Origin: a virus
Taxonomy: Duplodnaviria; Caudoviricetes
Direction: 5' to 3' (one strand)
Length of the DNA stretch: 43,422 bases
Virus record (IMG/VR): IMGVR_UViG_3300011435_000023
Coordinates: 1-43,422 of that record
Shown here in pieces: positions 9,151 to 17,266 of the stretch (within the stretch, counting starts at the first letter, position 1; every line of letters starts with the position of its first letter). Under the pieces are notes generated by a model. That model searched no databases and had not been told where the DNA came from. It saw nothing but the letters and a program-made list of their open reading frames with translations. Made by a program: the position numbers and the translations under genes.

Positions 9151-9335
9151 TTGATCGTTTCTTGCTCCAGTTTATTTTTTAAATTATCTATCTCCCGCAT
9201 CATTTCATTGCAACGTTCAGACTGATGTTTATACTTTTCCAAGTATGACTTAGCTAGCTTATTGTATCGCCGAGCTTGCTTATCATAAGTGGCGAGCACT
9301 TCCTTTTTCAGTTGTATGTATTCAGCTGTTGTCAT
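9147..9335 (-). CDS. Hypothetical coiled-coil protein
   Basis: ATGA-coupled ORF. Confidence 0.6.
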   Translation of the reverse strand: MTTAEYIQLKKEVLATYDKQARRYNKLAKSYLEKYKHQSERCNEMMREIDNLKNKLEQETIK

Positions 9336-9449
9336 ACTTTTGTTTTAAAAAGGGGGCCAATATGAGAGACATAAGCCCCGGTGGTTTAGAACCATCTATG
9401 AAATCTTTAAACAATATTTTCAAGGGACCAGATAACTGGCTTCTCTCTT

Positions 9450-9587
9450 TCATTCTGAGATTAATCGCTCATGTTCATCAAGCGCACTCTTCCTCCTGCT
9501 TAACTCCTCTTTCCTTTGCCTGTCCCAATACTCGACCAGGAAGTAACATGGAACAAAGAATAATAATGATCCGATAAAATCCATCAT
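9450..9587 (-). CDS. Small membrane protein (45 aa)
   Basis: Manual translation MMDFIGSLLFFVPCYFLVEYWDRQRKEELSRRKSALDEHERLISE; ATGA overlap. Confidence 0.45.
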   Translation of the reverse strand: MMDFIGSLLFFVPCYFLVEYWDRQRKEELSRRKSALDEHERLISE

Positions 9588-9682
9588 TTACGTTTATTTA
9601 TAGGGTTAGTATAATGCCACAGTGTAATCCAGCATGCAGCGGTGAAAAGAGTTGCTCCGATAATGAAAATGATTTGAAACAT
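9584..9682 (-). CDS. Small membrane peptide (32 aa)
   Basis: Manual translation MFQIIFIIGATLFTAACWITLWHYTNPINKRK. Confidence 0.45.
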   Translation of the reverse strand: MFQIIFIIGATLFTAACWITLWHYTNPINKRK

Positions 9683-9684
9683 GG

Positions 9685-9828
9685 TTAAGCGGTTAATGGT
9701 TTAGGTAAATCTTCCTCATCATCTTCCTCCTCTTCTTCATACTCACAATGCTCTTTGCAAGCCGGACAAATACAGTAATCTTCCAAGTCTAAAGAAACGG
9801 CTGCGCCGCAGCAATCTGAATATTTCAT
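9685..9828 (-). CDS. Small Cys-rich, acidic-tail protein (47 aa)
   Basis: Manual translation MKYSDCCGAAVSLDLEDYCICPACKEHCEYEEEEEDDEEDLPKPLTA. Confidence 0.65.
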   Translation of the reverse strand: MKYSDCCGAAVSLDLEDYCICPACKEHCEYEEEEEDDEEDLPKPLTA

Positions 9829-9830
9829 AT

Positions 9831-10094
9831 TTAAGCAGTTTGAAGGATTTTATCAACAGTTGGTCTAACTATCGCTGTAAGGGTATTTGAGTAATAAGCT
9901 GCGAGACGTTCTTTAATCTTCAGGGTAACATCCCAACGTATATAATAGAATTCAATAACGTCACTGAAAGGATTAGCCTGTTTATGAAAATTGATTGATG
10001 TTTTACACATTGAAATTCGCTGGTCACACTTGGCGATTGCTTCAAGAATGTCGCTGCATTTTTTGTGCTGGGAAAGAAGAATGGTTGTTCTCAT
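9831..10094 (-). CDS. Hypothetical protein
   Basis: TAATG-coupled ORF. Confidence 0.6.
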   Translation of the reverse strand: MRTTILLSQHKKCSDILEAIAKCDQRISMCKTSINFHKQANPFSDVIEFYYIRWDVTLKIKERLAAYYSNTLTAIVRPTVDKILQTA

Positions 10095-10321
10095 TATGCT
10101 GATAATTTTTTATCTCCGATGATTGCATAAGTGCTGTTATCGTTAAGCATCTTATTAATTTGCCTCTTGTCGTAACAAACCGTTTTGCCATCAAGGTTCG
10201 TCCAGGCTAACCCTTTTGTTGTTCTCCATTTGAAAAGAGTGTTTACGTTGACACCAAGCCAGTTGGCTATTTCTTCGGCGCTGCGCCATTCGGGGGAGTA
10301 ATATGGTTCCTGAGTTTTCAA
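10094..10321 (-). CDS. Excisionase-like HTH protein
   Basis: SAEEIANWLGVNVNTLFKWR...Y MerR/HTH_17-like motif. Confidence 0.75.
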   Translation of the reverse strand: MKTQEPYYSPEWRSAEEIANWLGVNVNTLFKWRTTKGLAWTNLDGKTVCYDKRQINKMLNDNSTYAIIGDKKLSA

Positions 10322-10348
10322 AACTGTTTGAAAATTTGAAATATTTTA

Positions 10349-10573
10349 TTATTTTACCGGAACGAGTATTTCCTCCAATATTTCTGAAGCATCCAATTTC
10401 GTTTCCTCTGTAATAACCTGGACAGCCTTAGCAGTGGTTAATAGGCCATTATCCTCATTTTCAGAAATCCAACGATCCACCGAGTAAACTGACTTACCCA
10501 TTTCAAGGGCGAGGCGGGTTTTCAATTTTGTGTGCCTATTAAAGGCGTCAATTGCTTTTTGTGTAAGTCTCAT
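10349..10573 (-). CDS. Cro-like repressor
   Basis: LALEMGKSVYSVDRW HTH; first gene of the operon, divergent from cI. Confidence 0.7.
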   Translation of the reverse strand: MRLTQKAIDAFNRHTKLKTRLALEMGKSVYSVDRWISENEDNGLLTTAKAVQVITEETKLDASEILEEILVPVK

Positions 10574-10700
10574 TATTGGTATATTTGATTAGTGCAATTA
10601 CATATCAAATATAATGGAGTTTTCTTCATTTCTCCAAAATAAAATGGATGTTTCTTCACTTTATTATTGAAACAATGTTGCAAATATGAAGAAATTTACA
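10558..10700. promoter_or_regulatory. Genetic switch: face-to-face TATATTTG promoters and repeated operators
   Basis: TATATTTG at 10580 (+) and 10606-10613 (-), each with an upstream TTTG; AATGGAGTTTTCTTCA (10613) and AATGGATGTTTCTTCA (10643). Confidence 0.7.
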
Positions 10701-11174
10701 AAGGCGGTTCTCAGGGAAGAGATGAAGCGAAGAAAGGTTAAGGTGCCGGCTCTATCAGAGCTGACGGACATTCCAAAGGATAGGATATATGCCTGGTACC
10801 GGGACAATACCAATCCAAAGAAGGAAGATCAGGAAATATTGGAGGCTTGGTTAAATGAAGTTCCCTTCAAAAAAAATGAAGAAAAGACTGAAGAATTACC
10901 GCTGGGTAATTTAAAGGTGACCCTTGAGGATTATGTCAATGAAATAAAGAGACAACGAGACTACTTGGAAAAGCTCGTTGTCGATAAAAGTGATAAGATC
11001 ATTGCTATCTTGACTAATTCAGATGCATCCGGCGCAACTTCTTTTTCTTCTCAGGAGAAAGAAGCAAGAGGGCGGCATGGTGTTGCTGACGTTCCACCTT
11101 CGGACAAAGAAGAAATTCATTTCGCAGTAAAAAAGGAGAAAAAAAGGGACATTGATCCTGGTGGGCGCAAATAG
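10686..11174 (+). CDS. CI-like immunity repressor (HTH, no evident peptidase domain)
   Basis: LSELTDIPKDRIYAW...P XRE-type HTH plus coiled coil. Confidence 0.75.
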   Translation: MKKFTKAVLREEMKRRKVKVPALSELTDIPKDRIYAWYRDNTNPKKEDQEILEAWLNEVPFKKNEEKTEELPLGNLKVTLEDYVNEIKRQRDYLEKLVVDKSDKIIAILTNSDASGATSFSSQEKEARGRHGVADVPPSDKEEIHFAVKKEKKRDIDPGGRK

Positions 11175-11302
11175 CGCAATTGGTGGTGTTTTGATTCGTA
11201 GTGCTCATAATAATTTCGTGTTTTAACAAAAACAATAGTAATTCTTTTATACTATTACCTCCAAGTAATTGAGTATAAAAATCTTTACCCAACCATAACT
11301 AA

Positions 11303-11824
11303 ATGACTATGAACACTAACAAAAAAACTGTTATTTTTCTGACTGCCATACTGTTGTCAGTGAGCTTTATTTCAAAGTCCTTTGCTCAGAATGAAATGCC
11401 TAGTAAGGACGGGTTGGTTTTATATGAGAACATAGATGGTTCAATAATCGCCACAACTAAAGAACTTCATACGAGGGCTAAAATTTGGCTTGCCGATGCT
11501 TTCAGAGATTCCAAAGAGGTAATTCAGTTAGATGATCCGGAAGCTGGCACATTAATGGGAAAAGGAAACTTTGATTTTTACCAGGCGCTGGTACCATTCA
11601 TAGTTAGATTTTCAGTAAAAATAAACTCTAAAGAAAATAAGTTTCGAATACAGTTTTATGAAATTACCATACAAGAAGGTACTGGCGGTCAACGAAAAGA
11701 AGCGGAACACTTCAACAATAAAAAAGGAAGAGATAAACTGAAGGATAATATAAACAAAAAATTTGCCGACATTATTGCTGATTTTAATATAGCAATGAAA
11801 AAGAAAACCGATAATGACTTTTGA
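11303..11824 (+). CDS. Secreted DUF4468 family protein
   Basis: Signal peptide ending SFA-Q; KELHTRAKIW...VIQLDDPEAGTLMGKG; KENKFRI. Confidence 0.8.
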   Translation: MTMNTNKKTVIFLTAILLSVSFISKSFAQNEMPSKDGLVLYENIDGSIIATTKELHTRAKIWLADAFRDSKEVIQLDDPEAGTLMGKGNFDFYQALVPFIVRFSVKINSKENKFRIQFYEITIQEGTGGQRKEAEHFNNKKGRDKLKDNINKKFADIIADFNIAMKKKTDNDF

Positions 11825-11826
11825 TA

Positions 11827-12041
11827 ATGGCACAGAGAAAACCATATAACCCAAACACCAAATACGGGAGGAAGAAACTTAGAGAGCAATCCTTTGAGAA
11901 TTACGAAAATTTGACGCCCAACAAAAAGTTGATCACCAGCTAACTTATTTTGTTGTTATCATAGTTATTATCGCTGCCATAGGTTTGATTTTTTATTTAG
12001 CAGGAGATTCTAAAGGGTTTCTTAAATGGGTTTCAAGATAA
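11827..12041 (+). pseudogene. Frameshifted small membrane protein
   Basis: ORF stops at 11943, but the -1 frame from ~11922 encodes a TM helix to TAA 12041. Confidence 0.55.
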
Positions 12042-13142
12042 CTCCCACTTTTTCATCTCAGCATCTACCCGCTTATTGACGATCTTATAATAAATAGCGG
12101 TTGTTTTTAAGTCGCTATGTCCTAAAAGCTTTGCCGCCACTTCCTGGCTAATACCAAGGTTAGCGCAGTTGACCGCAAAAGAATGGCGAGCCGTATGAAA
12201 AGTCAGCAGCTTATCAATCTTTGCAAGGTGAGCAACAGCCTTTAAATATTGGTTGGCTTTTTGATTACTGTATATAGGCCCGTTTTTTTCCGCTACCTTA
12301 ATTAAATCCTTTATTTTTGGTGTCAGTTTCATGCTGACTATTTCCCCTGTCTTTTGAGTATAAAGAATCAACCTGCCATCCTGAACCATTTTTTTACTAT
12401 TGAACTTCTCAATATCGGAATATCTTAAACCTGTATAACAAGCCAGCAGGAACCACCAGGCTGTATTTCTCACCACCTCACTACCATTCTCCCGGGCTAC
12501 CTTTTCAATGGCGCCAATTTCTTTCATGGTCAACCAAACCTTTGGAGGATTTTTCTTTGGCGGTTTTTTATAAATCAGGAATGGATCCCGCTCAATTAGT
12601 CCGGATCTGATGGCTTCCTTTAAGATCACCGATATAAAAGCAATCCTCTTTAACGTTCCTCCTTCCCCGCACTCACCGCGGTTAAAAGTCTCATACTTTG
12701 CCAGCCAGTCGGGTGTAATATCTTCTACCGTGATATTCTTATCAAAGCGAATAACCTGTTTAAGCATGGATGAATAAGCCCGGATTGAATTATATGACTT
12801 TTTCTTTTCCCATTTAGCTAGGCACGCGCCGGCGAAATCCCGGAATGATGTTTTACTTACTTTCCGTCCTGCGATCTTTTCCAGTGACATATTACCATGT
12901 AAGCTTTCCGTTGCCATAGAAGCTTGCAGGTCCGCCATCTTCAATTTAAGGACATTATTAATCGTTACTGCCTGCGGGTGATTCGACTTTACCTTCTGCT
13001 CTTTCGCGTCCCACTGAGATGAAAGCACCTTCAAAGCAATGGGCATATAAATCCTTTTCCCCTTATCCTGGATTATTATTCTGACCTGTCGCATTCCCTT
13101 ACTATCTTCACGGTCTCGTAATTCAAAATTGATCATTGGCAT
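12033..13142 (-). CDS. int: Tyrosine integrase (Bacteroidetes type)
   Basis: N-terminal arm-binding domain; TGLRYSD, HTARHSFA, LLGHSD, TAIY catalytic motifs. Confidence 0.96.
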   Translation of the reverse strand: MPMINFELRDREDSKGMRQVRIIIQDKGKRIYMPIALKVLSSQWDAKEQKVKSNHPQAVTINNVLKLKMADLQASMATESLHGNMSLEKIAGRKVSKTSFRDFAGACLAKWEKKKSYNSIRAYSSMLKQVIRFDKNITVEDITPDWLAKYETFNRGECGEGGTLKRIAFISVILKEAIRSGLIERDPFLIYKKPPKKNPPKVWLTMKEIGAIEKVARENGSEVVRNTAWWFLLACYTGLRYSDIEKFNSKKMVQDGRLILYTQKTGEIVSMKLTPKIKDLIKVAEKNGPIYSNQKANQYLKAVAHLAKIDKLLTFHTARHSFAVNCANLGISQEVAAKLLGHSDLKTTAIYYKIVNKRVDAEMKKWELS

Positions 13143-13217
13143 AAAATGGGAGTAATGGGAGTAAAAAGTGGGAGTAATTTAAGGGAGAAATAATCATACT
13201 TAATCAATGTTAGTAAA

Positions 13218-13261
13218 TAAGAAAGCCCGCCAATACTGCGTTTCACAGCTACTGACAAAGC
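13218..13261 (-). terminator. GU-rich hairpin plus U-tract downstream of the att core
   Basis: Minus strand GCTTTGTCAGTAGCTGTG-AAA-CGCAGTATTGGCGGGC-TTTCTT. Confidence 0.45.
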
Positions 13262-13263
13262 CT

Positions 13264-13283
13264 TGGTGGAGCTGAGGGGAATC
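13264..13283 (-). other. attP core matching the 3' end of tmRNA (or tRNA-Ala)
   Basis: Minus strand GATTCCCCTCAGCTCCACCA = T-arm 3' half, acceptor strand and CCA. Confidence 0.8.
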
Positions 13284-13395
13284 ACCGTTTAACTGTTAAC
13301 CCCACTTTAACCCACATGGGAGTAAAAAATACCTTTCAAAGATTATTGAAAGAAATGTAATTTTATTCAGCCGTTAAAAACGGAATACTTCGGAA

Positions 13396-13674
13396 ATGGC
13401 AAACAAAGGCACACAATTCAAGAAAGGTAATCCAGGAAGGCCAAAGGGCGCTCAGAATAGGCTATCTAAATCCGTTAAGGAAACTGTACTCGAAGTTTTC
13501 CAGAAGTTACAAGAGCCTGGCAGTGTTGTTAGCTTAGAAGAGTGGGCGCAAAAAGAACCATCTGAGTTCTATCGCATCGCTGCCAAACTCATTCCCACCG
13601 ATATTAAAGCTGACGTCAAACACACTGGAAAAGTAATCCTACAAATTAAACGTGGACAAGGAAATAACGATTAA
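13396..13674 (+). CDS. Terminase small subunit
   Basis: FKKGNPGRPKGAQNR motif; upstream of TerL. Confidence 0.75.
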   Translation: MANKGTQFKKGNPGRPKGAQNRLSKSVKETVLEVFQKLQEPGSVVSLEEWAQKEPSEFYRIAAKLIPTDIKADVKHTGKVILQIKRGQGNND

Positions 13675-14902
13675 TCTTTCTGAGCCTCACCCAATGCAGG
13701 TAAAAGTATTGGCTGAAGCTAAAAGATTCAATGTTCTTTGCTGTGGTAGAAGGTGGGGAAAAACAAACCTTTCTGAAGAACTACTTCTTAGCCCTGAAGA
13801 CGAAAGCCATGGAGCCTTAAACGGTCAGCCGGTTGCCTACTTCGCCCCTACTTATAAGATGTTGATGGAAGTTTGGCGGGAAATGAACAGTATTCTTTAT
13901 GAAATCACTGAAATGAGATCAGAGACGGAAAAACGGATTGAACTTTTCGGGGGTGGAATAATAGATTTTTGGAGCCTGGAAGATCCAAATAGTATTCGAG
14001 GGAGGAAATATAAAAGGGTTATCATCGACGAAGCAGCAGCAGCCCGGAATATTCAGGAAGCATGGACCAAGGTTATAAGGCCAACACTCACTGATTTAAA
14101 GGGAGATGCTTGGTTCCTATCCACTCCAAGGGGAAAGAATAATTATTTCTATAACCTTAGTAAGTTTGAGGAGGAGTTTCCTGATTGGGCCACATTCCAG
14201 ATGCCAACTGAAACTAATCCTTACATTGACCCGGATGAGATTGAGCAAGCGAGGCTACAGCTTGACCCCCTTACATTCGCTCAGGAGTATTTAGCTTCCT
14301 TTGTGACCGAGAATTTAAACGCCTGGGCATATTGTTACAGCCATAAGAAGCATGTTGGTAAAACTGAGATGAATAGAACTTACGAGGTTAAGTTGTCTTT
14401 TGACTTCAACCGGGACCCTATCACCTGTGGGGTTTTCCAAGACTATAACGATAATATATTCGGTATTGAGCAAATAAAACTACAGAATTCAAATATTTAT
14501 GACCTGTGTGATTATATAAGATCGAAGTACGAAGGATGTATGTTGATCATCACTGGAGACGCCACGGGTAAAGCTTCCAGCGCCTTGGTTCAGGATAATA
14601 TAAATTACTACACTGTAATTAAATCAAAGCTGAATCTTTCCAACTCGCAAATAAAAGTGCACACCGTTAATCCTTCGGTTCAGGAAAACAGGGTTCTTGT
14701 AAATTCAATACTCCATCATAAAAACGTTGTACTAGATGAACAGAACTGCAAGGGATTAATTTTTGACCTGGAACATGCTCAAGTATTACCCGATGGATCG
14801 CTAGATAAAACAGACCGCAAAGATGCAACTAAGCAATTAGATGCCCTCGATTGCTTCCGTTACTACCTCAATACTTTTCATAAGCATATCTTAAAGAGTT
14901 GA
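13652..14902 (+). CDS. Terminase large subunit
   Basis: CGRRWGKT, APTY, IIDEAA, STPRG, QEYLA, nuclease DFN...D..D..RY. Confidence 0.95.
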   Translation: MDKEITINLSEPHPMQVKVLAEAKRFNVLCCGRRWGKTNLSEELLLSPEDESHGALNGQPVAYFAPTYKMLMEVWREMNSILYEITEMRSETEKRIELFGGGIIDFWSLEDPNSIRGRKYKRVIIDEAAAARNIQEAWTKVIRPTLTDLKGDAWFLSTPRGKNNYFYNLSKFEEEFPDWATFQMPTETNPYIDPDEIEQARLQLDPLTFAQEYLASFVTENLNAWAYCYSHKKHVGKTEMNRTYEVKLSFDFNRDPITCGVFQDYNDNIFGIEQIKLQNSNIYDLCDYIRSKYEGCMLIITGDATGKASSALVQDNINYYTVIKSKLNLSNSQIKVHTVNPSVQENRVLVNSILHHKNVVLDEQNCKGLIFDLEHAQVLPDGSLDKTDRKDATKQLDALDCFRYYLNTFHKHILKS

Positions 14903-14955
14903 TATAAGTTGTATCAATAGTACATAGTTACCATGTGGTAAAAATTAACTTTACT
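14900..14955 (+). promoter_or_regulatory. Candidate late promoter 1: 17-bp operator, 29 nt, TAACTTTACT
   Basis: TGATATAAGTTGTATCA at 14900-14916; same architecture at 30981. Confidence 0.6.
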
Positions 14956-14958
14956 CAC

Positions 14959-15555
14959 ATGAATAGCTGCAATTGTTGTTTTACCGATTTCCTTGCAAAA
15001 TGCGAGGAAGAAATAGTAATTAACACCACTCTCTCCCCTGCGACTGCTTATCGCTGGGTAATTACTGACAAATTCGACAATAAATATGAAGGTGAAGTGA
15101 CGGCGGGTGATGATGGCGAGTTGACAATTCCGGTTGAATCATTGCCAGCAGGCCTGCTTACTAATTACTCTGGTGATTTCCTTTTGCAGATATATGATGA
15201 TTCTTCTTGCGGGCCTATTAAGTTCAAAATGACCGGGGAATATGACTGCTTGAGTTTTAATGTAAGAGGCGGGACGTTTGTAAAAAATGAATTGGGCTGT
15301 GTGAATACATGCATCGGCGCTGGTAGTTCCAATGTTTTGATATCATTTACCGATGATGATGCATTGAGTATAGATTACACGGCTTACTCAGCCAGCCTGG
15401 GGAATAATCCATTGATACAGGTATATCATGAAATTTCTCCGAATATTTATCATTTGGTTAGTGTTACCATAAATCAGATTCGGGTAAATGGAGTTTTGAC
15501 GACCATCGAAATTGAGAATGCAGGCCCGGCTACTGGTTATGTGCTAATATCATGA
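14959..15555 (+). CDS. Cys-rich putative virion protein
   Basis: Starts MNSCNCC; beta-rich; C-terminal domain shared with two other ORFs. Confidence 0.65.
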   Translation: MNSCNCCFTDFLAKCEEEIVINTTLSPATAYRWVITDKFDNKYEGEVTAGDDGELTIPVESLPAGLLTNYSGDFLLQIYDDSSCGPIKFKMTGEYDCLSFNVRGGTFVKNELGCVNTCIGAGSSNVLISFTDDDALSIDYTAYSASLGNNPLIQVYHEISPNIYHLVSVTINQIRVNGVLTTIEIENAGPATGYVLIS

Positions 15556-15770
15556 CATGCTGCCCTTTAAATACCATCAGCTTTGTTAATCAGACGGTGA
15601 CAACGATTCCTTACAGTGGTGAGTATGGTGAGCATCCGTTGGTAGAGGTGGTTTATTTTGAGGGTAGCCAATGGATACAGCAAGGTATTTCAACGCAAAT
15701 AAGAATTGAGCCGGGGCAGATAGTGGTTGACCATGGCGGCGCAGCCTCGGGAATTATAAAATTGACGTAA
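15552..15770 (+). CDS. Small putative virion protein (stand-alone shared domain)
   Basis: Similar to the C-termini of 14959..15555 and 22236..22979. Confidence 0.65.
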   Translation: MTCCPLNTISFVNQTVTTIPYSGEYGEHPLVEVVYFEGSQWIQQGISTQIRIEPGQIVVDHGGAASGIIKLT

Positions 15771-16063
15771 TGGGTAAAAAGGCAAAACTCAAAAAGATCA
15801 GGCGAATTGCTTCACAGCTCCCTGTAATTAATAAGAGAGTTGTTATTGGCGAAATTATTTCAGGTGAAGATTTAATTAAGGACGGCGTTAAAGAAATAGA
15901 AGGTAAGCCGGTTGATCCCAAGGGGCAATACAAAAGAAAGAAAGTGGTCCGTGGTATTCTTAATCATAACAAGAAAATGAAACAGCTGTATAATAAAGGC
16001 GGGGTACCGATGGTAAACGGTTATATCAATGCAGCCATGGCAATAGCAAAAAAGGCAAAATGA
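15770..16063 (+). CDS. Lys/Arg-rich hypothetical protein
   Basis: Very basic composition; coupled to neighbours. Confidence 0.65.
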   Translation: MGKKAKLKKIRRIASQLPVINKRVVIGEIISGEDLIKDGVKEIEGKPVDPKGQYKRKKVVRGILNHNKKMKQLYNKGGVPMVNGYINAAMAIAKKAK

Positions 16064-16371
16064 TCGAAGCGGCCGTCATAATATCCCTTTTAGTTCTTTC
16101 CATTCATTACACCATGCAGGAAGGTGAGATATTTGGAGGCCTTGGTAAGTGGTTTGAAAAAACAATGCCTCACCAGCTTCATCAACCATTGTTTGAATGC
16201 AATGTTTGTATGACTCCTTGGTATGGCTCCGTACTATATGTTCTTATCTACGGGGTTTCCTGGCAATGGCCTGTTGTGATCATTACAGCGATGGGATTAA
16301 GTATTTTGTATAACAGGGTAAATATAACGGGTGTAAAAAATGAATTGGATGAAATAGAGGATAAGCCATGA
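16060..16371 (+). CDS. Membrane protein, DUF1360-like
   Basis: TM segments and a CNVCMTPW motif. Confidence 0.6.
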   Translation: MIEAAVIISLLVLSIHYTMQEGEIFGGLGKWFEKTMPHQLHQPLFECNVCMTPWYGSVLYVLIYGVSWQWPVVIITAMGLSILYNRVNITGVKNELDEIEDKP

Positions 16372-16586
16372 CCGAATTAATAAGGTTAGGTTTCGTTCCC
16401 GTTGGTACCTGTAATTGTAATGGTGGGTTGAACAGGAAATTTAAAAGGGCGGAATATTTAATTTATATAACCAGGTCACAATTTAAAGTAAAAAGGTTTG
16501 GCACAACTATCAAAGGGTACTCGGATCTTGAAGGGCTTGAGGCGTATCTTCAGAAAATCCTTCCGTTCTTATTTACTGGAAAATAA
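16368..16586 (+). CDS. Hypothetical protein
   Basis: ATGA-coupled; CNC motif; overlaps the next ORF. Confidence 0.5.
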   Translation: MTELIRLGFVPVGTCNCNGGLNRKFKRAEYLIYITRSQFKVKRFGTTIKGYSDLEGLEAYLQKILPFLFTGK

Positions 16587-17112
16587 GTATCGGGTTGTTC
16601 CCGCTTTTCAGTGTGGCGGTGAGCAGTATTTTATGTTTGATAGCCAAATGGAAGTTCCCACGGGCAGGCAGTTTGCGGCATTGACTATTTACGCCGAAAT
16701 GGAATGCAGAATGGACAGGGAATTTATGGTTGCCTTTAGTGATGGACTGGATAAAATACTGGATGATCCAAAGAAGATAAAAATAACAGCGATTGCCCAG
16801 ATGAATATCTTTTTGAAAGAGAGGTTATCGCTGATGGTTCCAAATGAATTTATTTATAAGCTGGCATCGGTTGTTTTTTTTACTAAAAATGAAAGCCCTT
16901 ACTTATATGATTTTGAGTTTAATAAAAGGAAAATTCAGCGCTGGAAGGAGGATGGCGCTACGTTAGATTTTTTTTTGAAGACGCCGCTTGTCGAATTGAT
17001 ACCTTCCTTAAAATCGCAAGGCGGAGTTTCTCAAACATATTCGGGGATGACAGACCAAATAATAAAAACACACCAAGAGTTTCTTACCGATCTATTGTCG
17101 GAAAAGGTGTAG
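16498..17112 (+). CDS. Tail assembly chaperone (gpG-like); start uncertain
   Basis: Precedes the tape measure gene; contains a T9 slippery run at 16968-16976. Confidence 0.65.
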   Translation: MAQLSKGTRILKGLRRIFRKSFRSYLLENKYRVVPAFQCGGEQYFMFDSQMEVPTGRQFAALTIYAEMECRMDREFMVAFSDGLDKILDDPKKIKITAIAQMNIFLKERLSLMVPNEFIYKLASVVFFTKNESPYLYDFEFNKRKIQRWKEDGATLDFFLKTPLVELIPSLKSQGGVSQTYSGMTDQIIKTHQEFLTDLLSEKV

Positions 17113-17264
17113 ATGAAAGGATGAAACAGATTTATTGGTTAGCAGGCGATGACCCGGTAAAGATTGACCAATATTTAAAAATGCCTCTTTGGGAGTTCTG
17201 GACGATACTCAATAATAAATTGTCAATACTGCAAAAACAAAGTTCAAAGAACAAAAAGTATTGA
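16968..17264 (+). CDS. -1 frameshift extension of the tail chaperone (gpGT-like)
   Basis: -1 frame is open from the T9 run to TGA 17264, ending 2 nt before the TMP ATG. Confidence 0.65.
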   Translation, partial: FFFEDAACRIDTFLKIARRSFSNIFGDDRPNNKNTPRVSYRSIVGKGVDERMKQIYWLAGDDPVKIDQYLKMPLWEFWTILNNKLSILQKQSSKNKKY

Positions 17265-17266
17265 CA

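Larger units (their letters stand above)
13147..13325. repeat. Integrase arm-type sites TGGGAGTAA
   Basis: Exact copies at 13147, 13156, 13169 and 13317, flanking the att core. Confidence 0.75.

Noticed and set aside
13264-13283. Phage-encoded tRNA or tmRNA gene
   Set aside because: Only the 3' 20 nt are present; no 5' half found
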